A stretch of 33,731 nucleotides of DNA from Nemertoderma westbladi (taxonomy: Eukaryota; Animalia; Xenacoelomorpha), in the NCBI GenBank assembly GCA_032718475.1, contig JAUCBJ010003124.1, positions 1 to 33,731 on the forward strand, in the 5' to 3' direction. A model generated the notes under the pieces. That model searched no databases, was not told the DNA's origin, and saw only the letters and a program-made list of their open reading frames with translations. This document shows, piece by piece, positions 22,543 to 33,148 of this stretch (the first letter of the stretch is position 1; each line of letters begins with the position of its first letter). The position numbers and the translations under genes were made by a program.

Positions 22543-24994
22543 ATGAGCCGAATAGGAGAGACGACGCCGCCGTGGACCCCGGACGACAACCTAACGATCC
22601 GCGAGGCCGCGGCGAGACGGCATCGACCCACGACGCCGGATCCGTCGACTACAGACAATCCGGCAATCCAAACGGAGGGGGGCCGTCTACAACGAGAAGG
22701 AAGAGACGAGTCGGGAGTCGAAAGGGAGAAAGACGAGTCGACGCGGAGCAAGGGTCGACGTACCGATGTCGCCGGCCAGCCACAGGCCGAGGACGACGAA
22801 CGGTCCACCGGAACGGCGACGGTGGGGCCGTCGGTACGACGACGGACCCGGAGAGACGGAAGAGAGGTCGGCGACGAGGACATCGGGGTTTCTGATCGAC
22901 TTCGACGAGCCTACCTCGCGACCAGGGAGCGACTGAGAGAGGCCAAAGGAGGGGCGAAGATAGACGAGGTGAGACTGAGGAGACGACTAGGTAAGTCGAA
23001 CAGATACTTTGATTACCTAGTGCGTTCTGGGCAGGGAGAACTAGCCGAGGAGAGGGCGAGGGGAGTTGTCAACGAACTGATTGAACTATGGGAGTGCAGG
23101 GGTATGCAGCCTAGTGTAGTGTACATAGGGCCATACTTAGTCGATGCCTGGGGAGTAAAATTAGTGGGTTGGAGGAGACTGCAGGAGGGCGAATCCGAGG
23201 TTAACTCCGAGGATTCGGTCTCGTCGGTCGGAAGAAGTTCCGGGAAGTGGGGGAAAGTTGGTAGGACGGAGGGGCGACGGGAGTCCGTCGCAACCAATAA
23301 GTCTGCTACATCCTCCGCAAAAGAAAGAAGGGTGCGAGAGAGTGAACGCATGGCGTATAAATTAGAAATGGCGGCGGCAGAGCGGAAACAGTTAGAGGGG
23401 CAATTGAGGGAAGAAACCGCATTATTAGAGTTGGTAAGGGAGGATAGAGCGAGAGCCGAGAGGGCCGCGAGAAGCCTTAGGGAGGTGAGAATAGAGAGCG
23501 AGCTGGCGAGTCGATCTGAGATGCTTGCGAGAGAGACGGCCGAGCGAGATTTGCGAGCGTGCAGAGAGAGAGAGATAAAGCAAGAGCGTAAGCGGAATGT
23601 TGTACATATCCGGCTGGCGGTGCTTGGGCTACATCGGGCCAAACTAAAGCAGCGCCGACTAGAACTGGCGCGGTTGGAGATATCAGAGAGTGAGCCCCCA
23701 CTCACAGGCACCGGGCGGGAGAACCAGAACTGGTGTAGCCGTACGGGCGGGGGGGGGGGGGGGGGGGTAGCAGTAGTACATTAGAAGTAGTTAATATTAA
23801 TAGTACCGTAGTAAATAACCCTAATCCCTTTATTACAGGAAATATTTTACCCAGTAATTTAAATTTAAATTCAAATAATAATATTAATTCAAATATTCAG
23901 AATAATTCAAATAATTCTAATTTAAATAATTTAAATCCCGTTTCAAATTCTAATAATTTAATTAATTTAACAAATAATATTGGGAATGGTGCTATTAATA
24001 TGAGCGTGTCGGACGTACATAACCCGGCAGACGGGGGCCTGGTAGGCCACGCAGTTAGTAGGCAGGAGGTGGCGGGGTTGAGCCAACCCGACGGCGGCCT
24101 GGTAGGCCACGTAGTTGGTAGGCAGGAGGTAGCGGGGTTGAGCCAACCCGAAGTGGGCCTGGTGGGCCACGCAGTAGTCGAGAGAGAGGCGGGGGTGAAT
24201 AGACCCAGCCGTAGTGAAGACAGTGCGTCGACTAGAGAGGGGTGTAGAGACGAAGTAAGAGATAGTGAAGTTAGATGTGGCGAGTGGGGGGGGGGGGGGG
24301 GGGGGCTACCGGCGCCCCACCACATAAGATTAGTGGTGAGAGAGGGGGGCAGAGAATGCCCCACAAGAGGGACGCAGAAGTGTAGTAAGAGATAGTGAAG
24401 TTAGAAGTGGCGGGTGGGGGGGGGGGGGCTACGGACACCCCACCGCGAGAAGTTAGTAGAGAGAGAGGGGGGGCAGAGAGTGTCCCACAGCCGTCAGCGG
24501 ATAATGCGCGGGCCGAATCAGGTAAACCGCAACACCCGGCGACGGAGAGTAATGGGGGGGTTGCGAGTACCCCCAGCGGCGTGCGATCGAGCAGAGAGAG
24601 GCAGGTTGACGTCGCGAGAGGGCAGACGAAGCGTCGAGCCCGATCAGAAGAAAGAAGAAGAACAATGGAGTTTAACCGGGAGGTCGACGAGAGATCTCAC
24701 GAGCGGGAATACTGCACTGTGAAGAGAAGAAGAGAAGATAGTAGGAGAAGTGTCGCCACGAACGATAGCAGTGCGAGGACGGATAACGGACCGTCGATAG
24801 TAGAGATGGAGTTAGGGAGTCAGTGGGGTCGAACTTCGGGAGATTGCCGTCGCCCCGGAGAAACGCACCGCACGCCAAGAGAGGGGTACGGGACGTACCG
24901 ATATAAAGTTGGGAACAGGAGTGGGGATCGAAGAGAAGCTTCCCGATGGGATATAGCTGCCGATCGAGAGTGCGGTAGTCGCCGGGAGATTTGA
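22543..24994 (+). CDS. Gag-like/structural ORF of the LTR element, broken by frameshifts at poly-G tracts
   Basis: ORF 22543-23784 (Arg/Glu-rich coiled coil) shifts at the G run 23749-23768 into an open Asn-rich frame (SSSTLEVVNINST...NNIGNGAIN) that is in frame with ORF 24000-24395. Further shifts at G runs near 24286-24306, 24344-24349 and 24416-24428 lead into ORF 24395-24994. Gag identity is inferred from position only; no CCHC knuckle seen. Confidence 0.55.
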
Positions 24995-25167
24995 GATTCG
25001 CGAAGATTAAACTTCGGCTCGAAATGGCACATGCAGACTGCAGGACATACTGTAGGCCTTACTGCACATACTATTATAGGCCGTGCTGGGAGAGGTAGAG
25101 TAGGCGATGTGGTAGCGCGAACGACGGGATTAAACCCGGAAGTCGCGGAGTACATACCGGTAGGTAG

Positions 25168-26856
25168 GATCGGCTGGTATCACCAGCCGATCGCCTCAAT
25201 GGTTGGAAAGCCCACTTTGAAAAGCTCCTCAATAATGACAGGGTATTGCCTGATAACTTTATAGAAGTAAAAGTGTCTGAGTCTGTACTCCCAGATATTC
25301 CCATTGGCGATATCTCCTTTGCAGAAGTGAAGGCTGCTGCAAAGAGCATTAAGACCAATCGTGCCAGTGGAGTAGATGGTGTTCCCCCTGAGGTCTTTAA
25401 AATACCTGAGTGTTTAAAGCTCATCTATCCCATCATAGTAGACATGTACCGTACAACAAGAATCCCACAAGAAATGAAAACAAATAAGTTGGTGCCAGTT
25501 CCCAAGAAGGGCAACCTAACACTCTATGGTTCTTTTCGGGGAATCTCATTGATCTCGATTGCTGCAAAACTATACAATAGAATTCTATTAAATCGCATCA
25601 GGGATCCCATTGAGAGACTGCTACGTGGAAATCAGAATGGGTTCCGTAAAGGTCGTGGGACCATGGAGCCCATTTTGGCACTTAGAAGGATAATTGAAGA
25701 GTTATCAAAAAAGAAAGACAGGCATCTGGCTGTTATCTTTGTTGACTTCTTCAAGGCCTTTGATTCAGTCTCTCGCTCACGTATGTTCAGCATACTTTCA
25801 TTATATGGGATTCCTGATGAAATTATTGCAGCAATCAGATCAGTATATGATGGTTCGACAACATTTGTGTCTACTGTTGACGGTGACACAGAACCATTTG
25901 AAGTGTTATGGGGCGTCCTCCAAGGAGACACACTTGCACCATTCTTGTTCATTATTGTGGTTGACTATGTTCTACGCATGTCCTTAGATCATCATAATGA
26001 TGATGGGGTGATGATAACTCCACCTACTGGCTCCAGAAGTCGAGGAAATCCTGCCAAGTACCTAACTGATCTAGACTTTGCTGATGACTTAGGAGTACTC
26101 TCAGAATCATTAGAGGGAGCCCAGCGGCTCCTCAGCTCATTAGAACATGCTGCTTCTAGTGTTGGTCTTTTTATTAACTCCAGAAAGACCAAAATTCTGA
26201 CAGTTAACTTTGAAAGTCCTCAGCAAGTCTCTGATCGGATGAGCATAAGCTCAAAGGATGGTATGCTTGAGCATGTGGACGACTTCTGTTACCTGGGATC
26301 ATGGATCCGGAAGTCAGGTGAGGACCTTCGAATACGTAAGGGAAAGGCATGGGCAGCCTTGAATAGGCTTTCCAGGATTTGGAAGTCACCTAGAATTAAT
26401 CGGAAACTTAAGGTCCGATTATTTAGAGCAGCAGTAGTTCCAGTACTCCTCTACGGGAGTCCATGCTGGGCTCTAACTGCTGAGGACACCAAATCTCTGG
26501 ATGGCACATTCACAAGAATGCTACGCCGGGTACATTGTGTCAAGTACAATGCACACATCTCCAACCAGACACTATATAACATTGGAGGTGTCTCATTGGT
26601 TCCCCCAAGCTTGACACTAGAACAAAATCGCCTCCGCTTTGCAGGACATTGCTTTCGCCGTGAGGACCAGCCAGTGCATAATCTTGTACTTTGGCAGCCT
26701 CATGGAGTGAATAAGCATGGTGGACAGCCCATGACTTTCTTGAGACGCATCTTAAAGGACACTGGCCTTAAAGATGCGGATGATCTAGCAAATGTCATGG
26801 GTGATAGGGAGTTGTGGCGGTGCAATTTTGTTGACAAGCCGGCACAGCATTCTTAA
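25168..26856 (+). CDS. Non-LTR (RTE-clade) reverse transcriptase, uninterrupted but N-terminally truncated
   Basis: Motifs WKAHFEKLLN, ASGVDGVPPEVFK, PVPKKGNL...FRGISL, QNGFRKGR, FVDFFKAFDSV, GVLQGDTLAPFLF, DLDFADD, FCYLGS and RLRFAGHCFR; in-frame TAG at 25165-25167; stop at 26854-26856. Confidence 0.92.
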   Translation, partial: DRLVSPADRLNGWKAHFEKLLNNDRVLPDNFIEVKVSESVLPDIPIGDISFAEVKAAAKSIKTNRASGVDGVPPEVFKIPECLKLIYPIIVDMYRTTRIPQEMKTNKLVPVPKKGNLTLYGSFRGISLISIAAKLYNRILLNRIRDPIERLLRGNQNGFRKGRGTMEPILALRRIIEELSKKKDRHLAVIFVDFFKAFDSVSRSRMFSILSLYGIPDEIIAAIRSVYDGSTTFVSTVDGDTEPFEVLWGVLQGDTLAPFLFIIVVDYVLRMSLDHHNDDGVMITPPTGSRSRGNPAKYLTDLDFADDLGVLSESLEGAQRLLSSLEHAASSVGLFINSRKTKILTVNFESPQQVSDRMSISSKDGMLEHVDDFCYLGSWIRKSGEDLRIRKGKAWAALNRLSRIWKSPRINRKLKVRLFRAAVVPVLLYGSPCWALTAEDTKSLDGTFTRMLRRVHCVKYNAHISNQTLYNIGGVSLVPPSLTLEQNRLRFAGHCFRREDQPVHNLVLWQPHGVNKHGGQPMTFLRRILKDTGLKDADDLANVMGDRELWRCNFVDKPAQHS

Positions 26857-26901
26857 AAATGCAGCTGCAATGCAGCATGCCGATCCTAGTAGTAGTAGTA
26901 G
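25169..26901 (+). mobile_element. 5'-truncated RTE-clade LINE nested in the LTR element
   Basis: The RT frame is open from the 5' junction; short 3' UTR ending in (TAG)5 at 26887-26901; candidate target duplication GGTAGGTAGG (25159-25168, 26908-26917); no APE endonuclease domain. Confidence 0.85.
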
Positions 26902-26997
26902 GCGAGAGGTAGGTAGGCCTATATCGGTACAGCAGCATGACTATAATACACAGGGGCATAACATGTATCCAGGGGAGGGGAGAGTATACCTCAGAGA

Positions 26998-27110
26998 GGG
27001 CACAAAAAGAGTTAGTAGAGTTAGAAGGTGCCGGGCACAAGAGGTGCCGGGCACAAAAAGAGTTAGTAGAGTTAGAAGGTGCCGGGCACAAGAGGTGCCG
27101 GGCACAAAAA
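26998..27110. repeat. 51-bp tandem duplication followed by purine-rich low-complexity sequence inside the LTR element
   Basis: gggcacaaaaagagttagtagagttagaaggtgccgggcacaagaggtgcc twice plus a partial third copy. Confidence 0.8.
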
Positions 27111-27874
27111 GAGTTAGTAAGAGTTAGTAGAGAGTTAGTAGAGTTAGTAAGAGTTAGTAGTAGTTCACATGATTAACGTACCCACTCTGCCGGCATTCAG
27201 AGCTTCACGTGTAGGCGAGTAGACGTAAAGGGAGTAGATGCAAAGGAGGTAAGTTAGAGATAGAGTAGAGTAGTAGAGAGGGTACATAGGGTACCAGTGA
27301 GTAGAAGAGTAGAGACGGGCACGTAGGGTGCCAGGTAGTAAAGTTGGAGAGTTAGAGGTAGTAGAGTAGAGCAGAGAGGGCACATAGGGTGCCAGGTAGT
27401 AGAGTTAGAGAGTTGGTAGACTCAAAGGAGTCAAGTAGAGTTAGTAGAAGTAGAGAGCTAGTAGGAGTTAGTTAGACTTAGTAGTTCTAGTTAGAGTTAG
27501 TAAGCAGTAGGTAGATGGTATGATAGCACAGGGGTAGCATTAGAGATTAGGGCCTTAGGGAGGGCAAGAGAGATAGCGAGAGGTGGTATGGAGATAGTGT
27601 GGAGAGAGTGTGGGCGCAATTCAAGCGTGGGGGGGAGGAGAGGAAGAGTAGAGTCAGGGCGAAAGTGTTGGGGAAACAAAAGTTGTGTGAGAGAAGCGCA
27701 CGATAGGCCCGACACGAAACACCAGAGGGTAGCAATATCATACCCATAGGGAGCGGCCCGGAAAGCCGGCTCCGAAAGAAAATAACCCACCCCACACCCG
27801 ATACTAGATCGGGATCCAGCGGAATTGTAGCGCACTTTTTGGTGGATGCTATCTTCTCACCGGGAAGATAGCAT

Positions 27875-27883
27875 GGGGGGGAG
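27875..27883 (+). promoter_or_regulatory. Polypurine tract
   Basis: GGGGGGGAG immediately 5' of the 3' LTR. Confidence 0.8.
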
Positions 27884-28430
27884 TGTTAGCTTATCCAATT
27901 CCGCTAACCAAACCCCATAGAGTGAGCCGTTGAGCAATATTGGGAGCACGAGGTTGATTACCAATCAACCTCGTGTCACCCCAGTAAACGGGGACAATAG
28001 GCCCCAAAGGAGACACACACAATAAGGGTCAGGGGCCAAACCCCTAACAGAGAGAGAACAACAGGGGCAACGGGAAACACACCAGGGAAGGTGAAAGGGC
28101 GAGAAGTGGGATATTAGCCAATGGGGGGACAGCATCGACTAGGTACAGTAATATGGCCAACTGTGCAGTACATATATTACCTGTTGGTGCTTCCCTATTC
28201 AGTCAGTTTACTCAGTCAGATCAGTAGGGTGGAACGGTGACTTCTATCACCGTCCGCTACCGCCATCATACTTATCTACCGGTAACCGTGTCATACTATA
28301 CTATATATATCAACTATATTATACCTTATACATATAACCGAACACCAGAACTCTTTTACCTTTCACACACGGCGGGGACGCGTAGATAGAAAACCCAACG
28401 GATAAACCGGGATCCGTAGATCCCGTCACA
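27884..28430 (+). repeat. 3' LTR (547 bp)
   Basis: Direct repeat of 21866-22412, followed by the GTTAT target duplication. Confidence 0.95.
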
Positions 28431-28882
28431 GTTATTCAGACTCCACGGCAAACATTCTCGGAGCAATCATGCCGGACCAGAAATTTGCAAAAACGGAAAA
28501 CAGGGACAGTTTTCGCCAAAACCTTTTTTACAAGAATTTAATTATAATATCGTAAACATCACTGCACAAAAACCTAATTTGTTTCAAATTTATTTCACTG
28601 GCATACATAGCATTGCAGGTAGGACACCATTACGTGGCTCCTAATATGTTTCAATTATGTTGCAATTTTGTTTCAACTAACAGAGAGATACTCTAGTGGC
28701 AGTACGCGCGCGTTACCCAATTAAAATGAAAATTTTTCATGAAAAGTATAAAATTTAAAAATATAAAGTTTTTATATAAATTTTTTTGACTATAGAATTC
28801 AATGACATAAAATTATGTTTTGTTATCGCGATTTGGACCACGCTTACAATTTTTTCAATATTAATCCTAATTTGCAACTCAC

Positions 28883-29062
28883 CAAAGATGGTAGGGGTGT
28901 GATCGGTTGGGGCAGGGGTGTGCCATCAGCGATGGTACCAGAGAGAGTGGACCTGTAGTTATTGTGGGAGCTGAGTATAGCTTGTTTTTCGGATTTTTTG
29001 ATAGCCGATTTTGCCAAGTGAGGGCACAGAAGCACAACTGTGATGATCCCCAGAAGTTTCAT
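28883..29062 (-). CDS. First coding exon of a secreted CAP/SCP/PR-1 protein
   Basis: MKLLGIITVVLLCPHLAKS is signal-peptide-like, followed by EKQAILSSHNNYRS (CAP HNxxR motif). Donor GTGAGT after 28883 (phase 0); acceptor aatactttag (AG at 29074-29073) 10 nt upstream of the ATG implies an upstream UTR exon. Confidence 0.8.
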
Positions 29063-29339
29063 CGCAATGGTCCTAAAGTATTAAGGAAAGTAAAATGGAA
29101 TATGTTGACTGCTAATTATTAAAATAGTAATGGAATGTATTAGTCAACTTTTGAAAAGGGTTGAAAAGGCATCTATACTGTCGATTATACTTTATATGGG
29201 AGACATCATGCACAGATGGCGAGGTCGGGTCCAAAGTAAACCATTATGCCAGTGAAGCAGTTGGCTACAGTATACCCTACTTAAAGGAACCTACCCCAAA
29301 TCTATCTTTTTTTATTTATAAAGTTTTTTTACTTTTTAA

Positions 29340-29925
29340 TTGCACCCCCCCCCCCCCCCCCCCCCCAGGGGGGGGGGGGAGCTTCATTTTAAAAAGGTTT
29401 TAGATCATGGCTGAAAAAATAAAATTTTTCTGGTATAAGGATTTTCGAGATGACGATAAAACTTGTTAAATATATTTTCTAGCATTGTAACCATTATTTT
29501 TGGTGCTAATTTGGTCCCCCAGGACGAAAACTACAAGTAAAAGAGGTCAAACTGATAATTTTTGTGTTTGGTTTGATAATTCTGAACGTATACGGGTATT
29601 CGAGGTCGCTGATCACGATGAAACTAGTTATAAATCTCTCGTGGTAACGCTACTATCCTTTTTGGTGCTTGTCTCTTGGGACGAAAAAAACTCGAAGCAT
29701 ATAAAATTTCAAACGGCAAAAATCGAATTTGGTTGGATAATACGATATTTAAGAGTGTCATATTCGTGATGAGCCTTTGAGACGAAACTTTTGAAAATTT
29801 TAGAACGAAAAATAGTGGAGATTGGTCCCATAAAGAGATCACAGTACGAAAACTAACATAACCGTATGATTGTCATTTGCTCTGTTGGACAGCACATTAA
29901 GTTTTAGGAAAAGTCACGAAATGTC
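29340..29925. mobile_element. Degenerate DNA-transposon remnant related to the piggyBac-like family
   Basis: Shares motifs with 12126-13680 (ttcgaggtcgctgat vs ttcgagggcgctgat; ttttggtgcta; ttttaggaaaagtca); termini not resolved. Confidence 0.4.
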
Positions 29926-31175
29926 CGTTTTCACAACAAAGCTGGCTCAAAGATCCCGATGAATTACAAAGAAAGTCTGTGTGGTATGTAAAGTATGGAA
30001 TGGATTTAAAACTATGAAAATGTTTGCACAAAATTATTGTTTTTGAAAAATTTATGGGGTTTTATTATGTTCAGGCTATATTTTGGGAATCAAATATTTG
30101 TGATACGCAAAGGGTATCAGTTAAAAAATTGGTTCTTAAACATCCAAAGGGCCATATTTCACAAAACCAATACTCACGATTGTATATAAATCGGCTGAAC
30201 ATTTTGGGAACTACAAAGATTGGAATATAGGGTATGGGGATTCCAGCTGTACAATTAATTTACTCTTATAGTAGAAAAAAAGTAAATTCCAGTATAGCCA
30301 TCTTACTAGCACATCTTACTGTTAATGTAAGTTCCCAGCAATATTCCTACTGTAACTCCGGTTGATATGCCCACATACTATACCTGTTGCAGTCTTCTTT
30401 TGTATATATTTATACTACAGTAGAAATAGTTTATAATAAATCGGTTAGTACAAATATACGTATATAGATCTCACATCCTCCACTTGCACTATTAATATAG
30501 CCCTAACCGTCGATGGGGATCAATGAAAGTAATAAATGTCTTTGTATTATATTTTTAATTGAAATTTTTTTTAGAATAACTAAGTCTACAAATTATGTAT
30601 TATGTAAAAATTGGTTGGTTTTTTTTCTAAAGATCCCTTTATTATAATTTTTATTTTACAATATGATCAATTATTTAACATTTTGAAAGGAGATTGTTAT
30701 TCCTAAATTGTCAAGTTTTACATAAACATGGTAATTATGTTTTAACGTATTACAAAGTGCATAACATATTGCGCATGATGCTAAGTTATTGAATAATTAG
30801 AAAAAGTAGCGAATACTACATACAGTCCCTATCTCATTCTGATCATTTCTCAAACCGTATAATAATGATAGTCAACGGAGAATTTAGTAGGTAAGACTGA
30901 GTTAAGAAATCAGAAAGATGCAGCCAGCTCAATCTAACTCAAACTTGAGTCTGGCGCCATGGTTTGAGTTAGGTTGACCTGCAACTGTATACTCAGCATT
31001 ACTGTTCCTGTACGGGATTTATAATTACTCTGGTTGAGTGAGGCACCACATGCGGAAGGGGCCTCTGTCGGCTGCTTGGGCTCTTGAGTTAATGGGTTGA
31101 ATTACATAAGCTGGCTTGCGCTGTGTCTCAGAAAAGACATGTCAATCACGCAGTTCCTTTGTGGGCTTTACTAAA

Positions 31176-31290
31176 TGTAAAGATGATAGAAAAAATAAAG
31201 TATTGAATCTATTGTACTATTGTATCTTTATCTAATATAATATAACCAGCTAAAGACCCTCAATACTTTATTTTTTCTATCATCTTTACA
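31176..31290. repeat. Perfect 31-bp inverted repeat with a 53-bp spacer
   Basis: tgtaaagatgatagaaaaaataaagtattga (31176-31206) and tcaatactttattttttctatcatctttaca (31260-31290). Confidence 0.85.
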
Positions 31291-31803
31291 CTATGCTGCC
31301 GCTGGTGAATGCCTACCACTTCATCCGTTCGTTTACTAAATGTATGTTGTTAACTAAACCACATGGCCCGGTCTGTTTATAGAGAAAGTTTTATACATCT
31401 ATAATTACAAGGGCTTCCTCTGGCTCCTTTGCTCGGTATACCCACATCCGGATGTATTGCGAATAATTGTGTTGACGATGTAATAGAGAATTAAACATTA
31501 GTAAAACATTAAAGTTAAACATTAGAAACATTAGCGAAATATACGCGACATTAAAGTAAAGTTATAAAATTGGTTGGTTATATTATACGGATATATTTTA
31601 AAGTAAAATAACGTTAATATGTTATGAGTCAAACTGTACATACTTAATAAATATAATAAAAAATTAATAAATCTTCAGTTTAATAATTTAGCATATAATC
31701 TTTTTATTCTGAAATTTAAAAATAAATTGAGTCACCGATTCTGCAAGTTAATTCTCGCTGTCTACCAGGGTTAATTAAATTACACACAAACAAATCAAGT
31801 TAA

Positions 31804-33148
31804 CCCTATTAAACCCGGAGGGGGGGGGGGGGGGGGGGTCAATATGACCCCCCGGTGGTTTTTTTGTTATAATTCTTAAACAAACGCAGTTGGGAATCTG
31901 AAATTGTATGACTTTTCCTAAACATCTATTGTCTTCCTAGTAGTTTCAAAAATAAAGGGTAGTTTTCGAGTTATAGCACCATTAGTTTACCCTACTTTTG
32001 GCAATTTTTTGAGACGTTTTTTGAAAATTACATTTCATTAAATATGATTTGTATCATCTCTATTTTTGATTTATACCGGTTTTATGATGTTAGCAATTGG
32101 ATGGAATTCATAGAAATTAATTTAGAAATTTCAAACTTGGTTTTTTCGGCGGGTGCCAAATTTTGGTGCCAGAACCAAATTTTGAAATATGGCAATTTTG
32201 TCAATTGATTATTTGAAACTTGTATTTCACGCAATTGGGTTTTTTTTGGGGTTCTGGTTTCGATGGAATATATATAAGTGGAACCAAGCCTATCAAACTT
32301 GTATTTTTCGGTGCTGTGTGCAAATTTTGGTGCTAGCACGAATTTTTGAAAAATCCATTCAATAGATAAAATTGCTTGTGACAATTTATTTCATGCGTTT
32401 TGGAGGTTTATGGTTGTTCTGAATTCAATGGAATATATAATTATCGAACTAGACATCTCAAACTTGTATTTTTCGGAAGTGGGTGCAAAATGTGGTGCTA
32501 GCACCAAATTTTGAAAACCATCAAATATATCAATTGATTGTGTCACATTGTTTCTTGCGTTATACGGGTTTGTGAAGGTTCTGAATTCAATGGAATCAGT
32601 AAAAATTACATAAGAATTTTCAAACTTGTATTTTTCGCCGGTGGGTGAAAATTGTTGTGCCAGCACCAAATTTTAGAAAATAAGCAATTTTATCAGTAGA
32701 TAGTATCATCTTGTTTCGTGCGTTATATGGGTTTATGAGGGTCCTGAATCCGATGGAATCAATAAAAACAGCACTGGACATCGCAAACTTGTTCTTTGGT
32801 GATGGGTACGAAATTTGGTGCTAGCACCAAAATTTGCCAAATTACGCCGAAAAATACAAGTAGCAATGATCTGGCATATTATAAATGTATTCCATTAGAA
32901 TCAGCGCCCTAGAAAATCTGAAAATGTGAATTTATAGCATCGTATTCGTATAAGTGAATTTAAAATTTTGTGTTCTAACTGAAAAGTGCTGGTTACTTGT
33001 TTTTTTAGTTTTTTTCCTACGCAGAGAGGACTAAACAGCCATTTATAGTAATCATATCATTTTTAAATATTAACAATTTATTAACAATTAACAATTACCC
33101 GAAAAAATGTAACTTTCAAATTTTGTGAAAATTGTGCACTACTTGTAA
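31804..33148 (-). mobile_element. Second, inverted and one-end-truncated copy of the piggyBac-like element
   Basis: TTAA (31800-31803) then CCCTATTAAACCCGG; the reverse complement is colinear with about 12320-13680 with scattered substitutions and small indels; similarity stops near 33148. Confidence 0.9.

Larger units (their letters stand above)
21866..28430 (+). mobile_element. Full-length, apparently non-autonomous LTR retrotransposon (6565 bp) containing a LINE-type RT
   Basis: TG...CA LTRs at 21866-22412 and 27884-28430; 5-bp target duplication GTTAT (21861-21865, 28431-28435); polypurine tract before the 3' LTR; gag-like ORF; no protease, RNase H or integrase motifs seen. Confidence 0.95.
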
